Shown here in pieces: positions 63,222-64,000 of a stretch of DNA of 64,000 nt. A program made the translations under genes and the position numbers. Numbering within the stretch: position 1 is the first letter of the stretch; each line of letters opens with the position of its first letter. Origin of the DNA: Hemiscyllium ocellatum (taxonomy: Eukaryota); assembly GCF_020745735.1 (NCBI RefSeq), contig NC_083405.1:95608135-95672134 (forward strand). The letters run 5' to 3'. The notes beneath the pieces are model-generated. The model was not told where the DNA came from. It was given only the letters and a program-made list of their open reading frames with translations, and made no database searches.

Positions 63222-63717
63222 TGAATTGAATTGAATTTGCTTTATTGGCACGTACTCAGTACAGTGAAAAGTTTATAAGTCACCACCTGCAGCACCATCT
63301 TAGATACAACCTTTAGTTACAGAATAGAAAAATGAAAAAAAAAGTTACAGCTATACGCAGTATAAGCACAGTATATGGATCAGAAAAACAAGAAGCAAAA
63401 TTAAAAAGACAAACATCAGTGTCTCTCCAATGTCTCTCTGCTGCAGACCAACATGGGAGGCCTCCACATGGTCTGACTACTGACTACTGCTGGCTCTGGC
63501 CTCCTTGCTCTGATTGCAATGTTCCCACTCGGGCTGCTGGTCACCAGTGGACCGGCTCCATTTGCTGTGATCACTGTTTTGGGCTGCCAATTGCCGAGCC
63601 TGTTTCAGAAGCTGGGGCTGGGTGTCAGAGTCCGAGAGGAGAGAGGGAGAAAATAAAGAAAAAGAATGGGTGGAGCAGACCAGCTCCGGCTGGCGTGTCC
63701 TATTCCACCGCCATCTT
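63222..63717 (-). mobile_element. Short non-coding retroposon with AAGATGGCGG head and AATAAA-(ATTCA)n tail
   Basis: Minus strand starts aagatggcggtgg and ends cttttcactgtactgagtacgtgccaataaagcaaattcaattcaattca. Confidence 0.55.
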
Positions 63718-64000
63718 AACGAACAGGTTGCATATTTGGGGCACACTTTTTTTTTGGGTTTTCCTATCCCTAGCTGAACAGAAGCATGGCAAGATGTCGC
63801 TTTGTTAGATTAAACTCTTTATCATGCACGCCTTGATGTATTAGCTGATTATTTTTGTTGTTGAATCATATCTTCTGAGTTGATGCTAGTTTTCTTTCTT
63901 TCATTGAAAGCAGGGATTTTCAGTAGGTTGAAATATTAACCTTCATCAAAGAACTCCATTAGTTAAACATAATTTGTCCTGAAAAATCTATGTGGCTAAC

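Noticed and set aside
1-64000. Prokaryotic systems (CRISPR, operons, rRNA)
   Set aside because: This is a spliced vertebrate gene with vertebrate repeats; no repeat-spacer array or rRNA-like sequence was seen.

Overview
This is eukaryotic DNA, almost certainly from a shark or ray, judging by the HE1-type SINEs, HER1/CR1 LINEs and a SacSINE/Deu-type SINE. The whole window lies inside one + strand gene, KIAA1217 (sickle tail/SKT, a paralog of SRCIN1). Seven phase-consistent internal coding exons (about 502 codons) are separated by introns of 155 bp to about 20 kb. The introns are full of transposable elements: CR1/HER1 LINEs (one near full length with an SGNH-esterase ORF1), an older L2/CR1-group LINE, several tRNA-derived SINEs, a Tc1/mariner-type MITE and two families of Penelope-like elements (PLEs). 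Four observations stand out. (1) A complete 1.7-kb element flanked by a target-site duplication (TSD) encodes an intact L1-type ORF1p and no ORF2 ('half-L1'-like). (2) Both PLE families carry minimal, dimer-type hammerhead ribozymes, and short palindromic insertions repeatedly begin or fold back at the ribozyme. (3) A CR1 shows a twin-priming-like inversion with a PLE stub at the junction. (4) An unexplained inverted-repeat pair has arms of about 215 bp. Family names come from motif recognition, not database searches, and boundaries of old repeats are approximate. There is one 208-N assembly gap.
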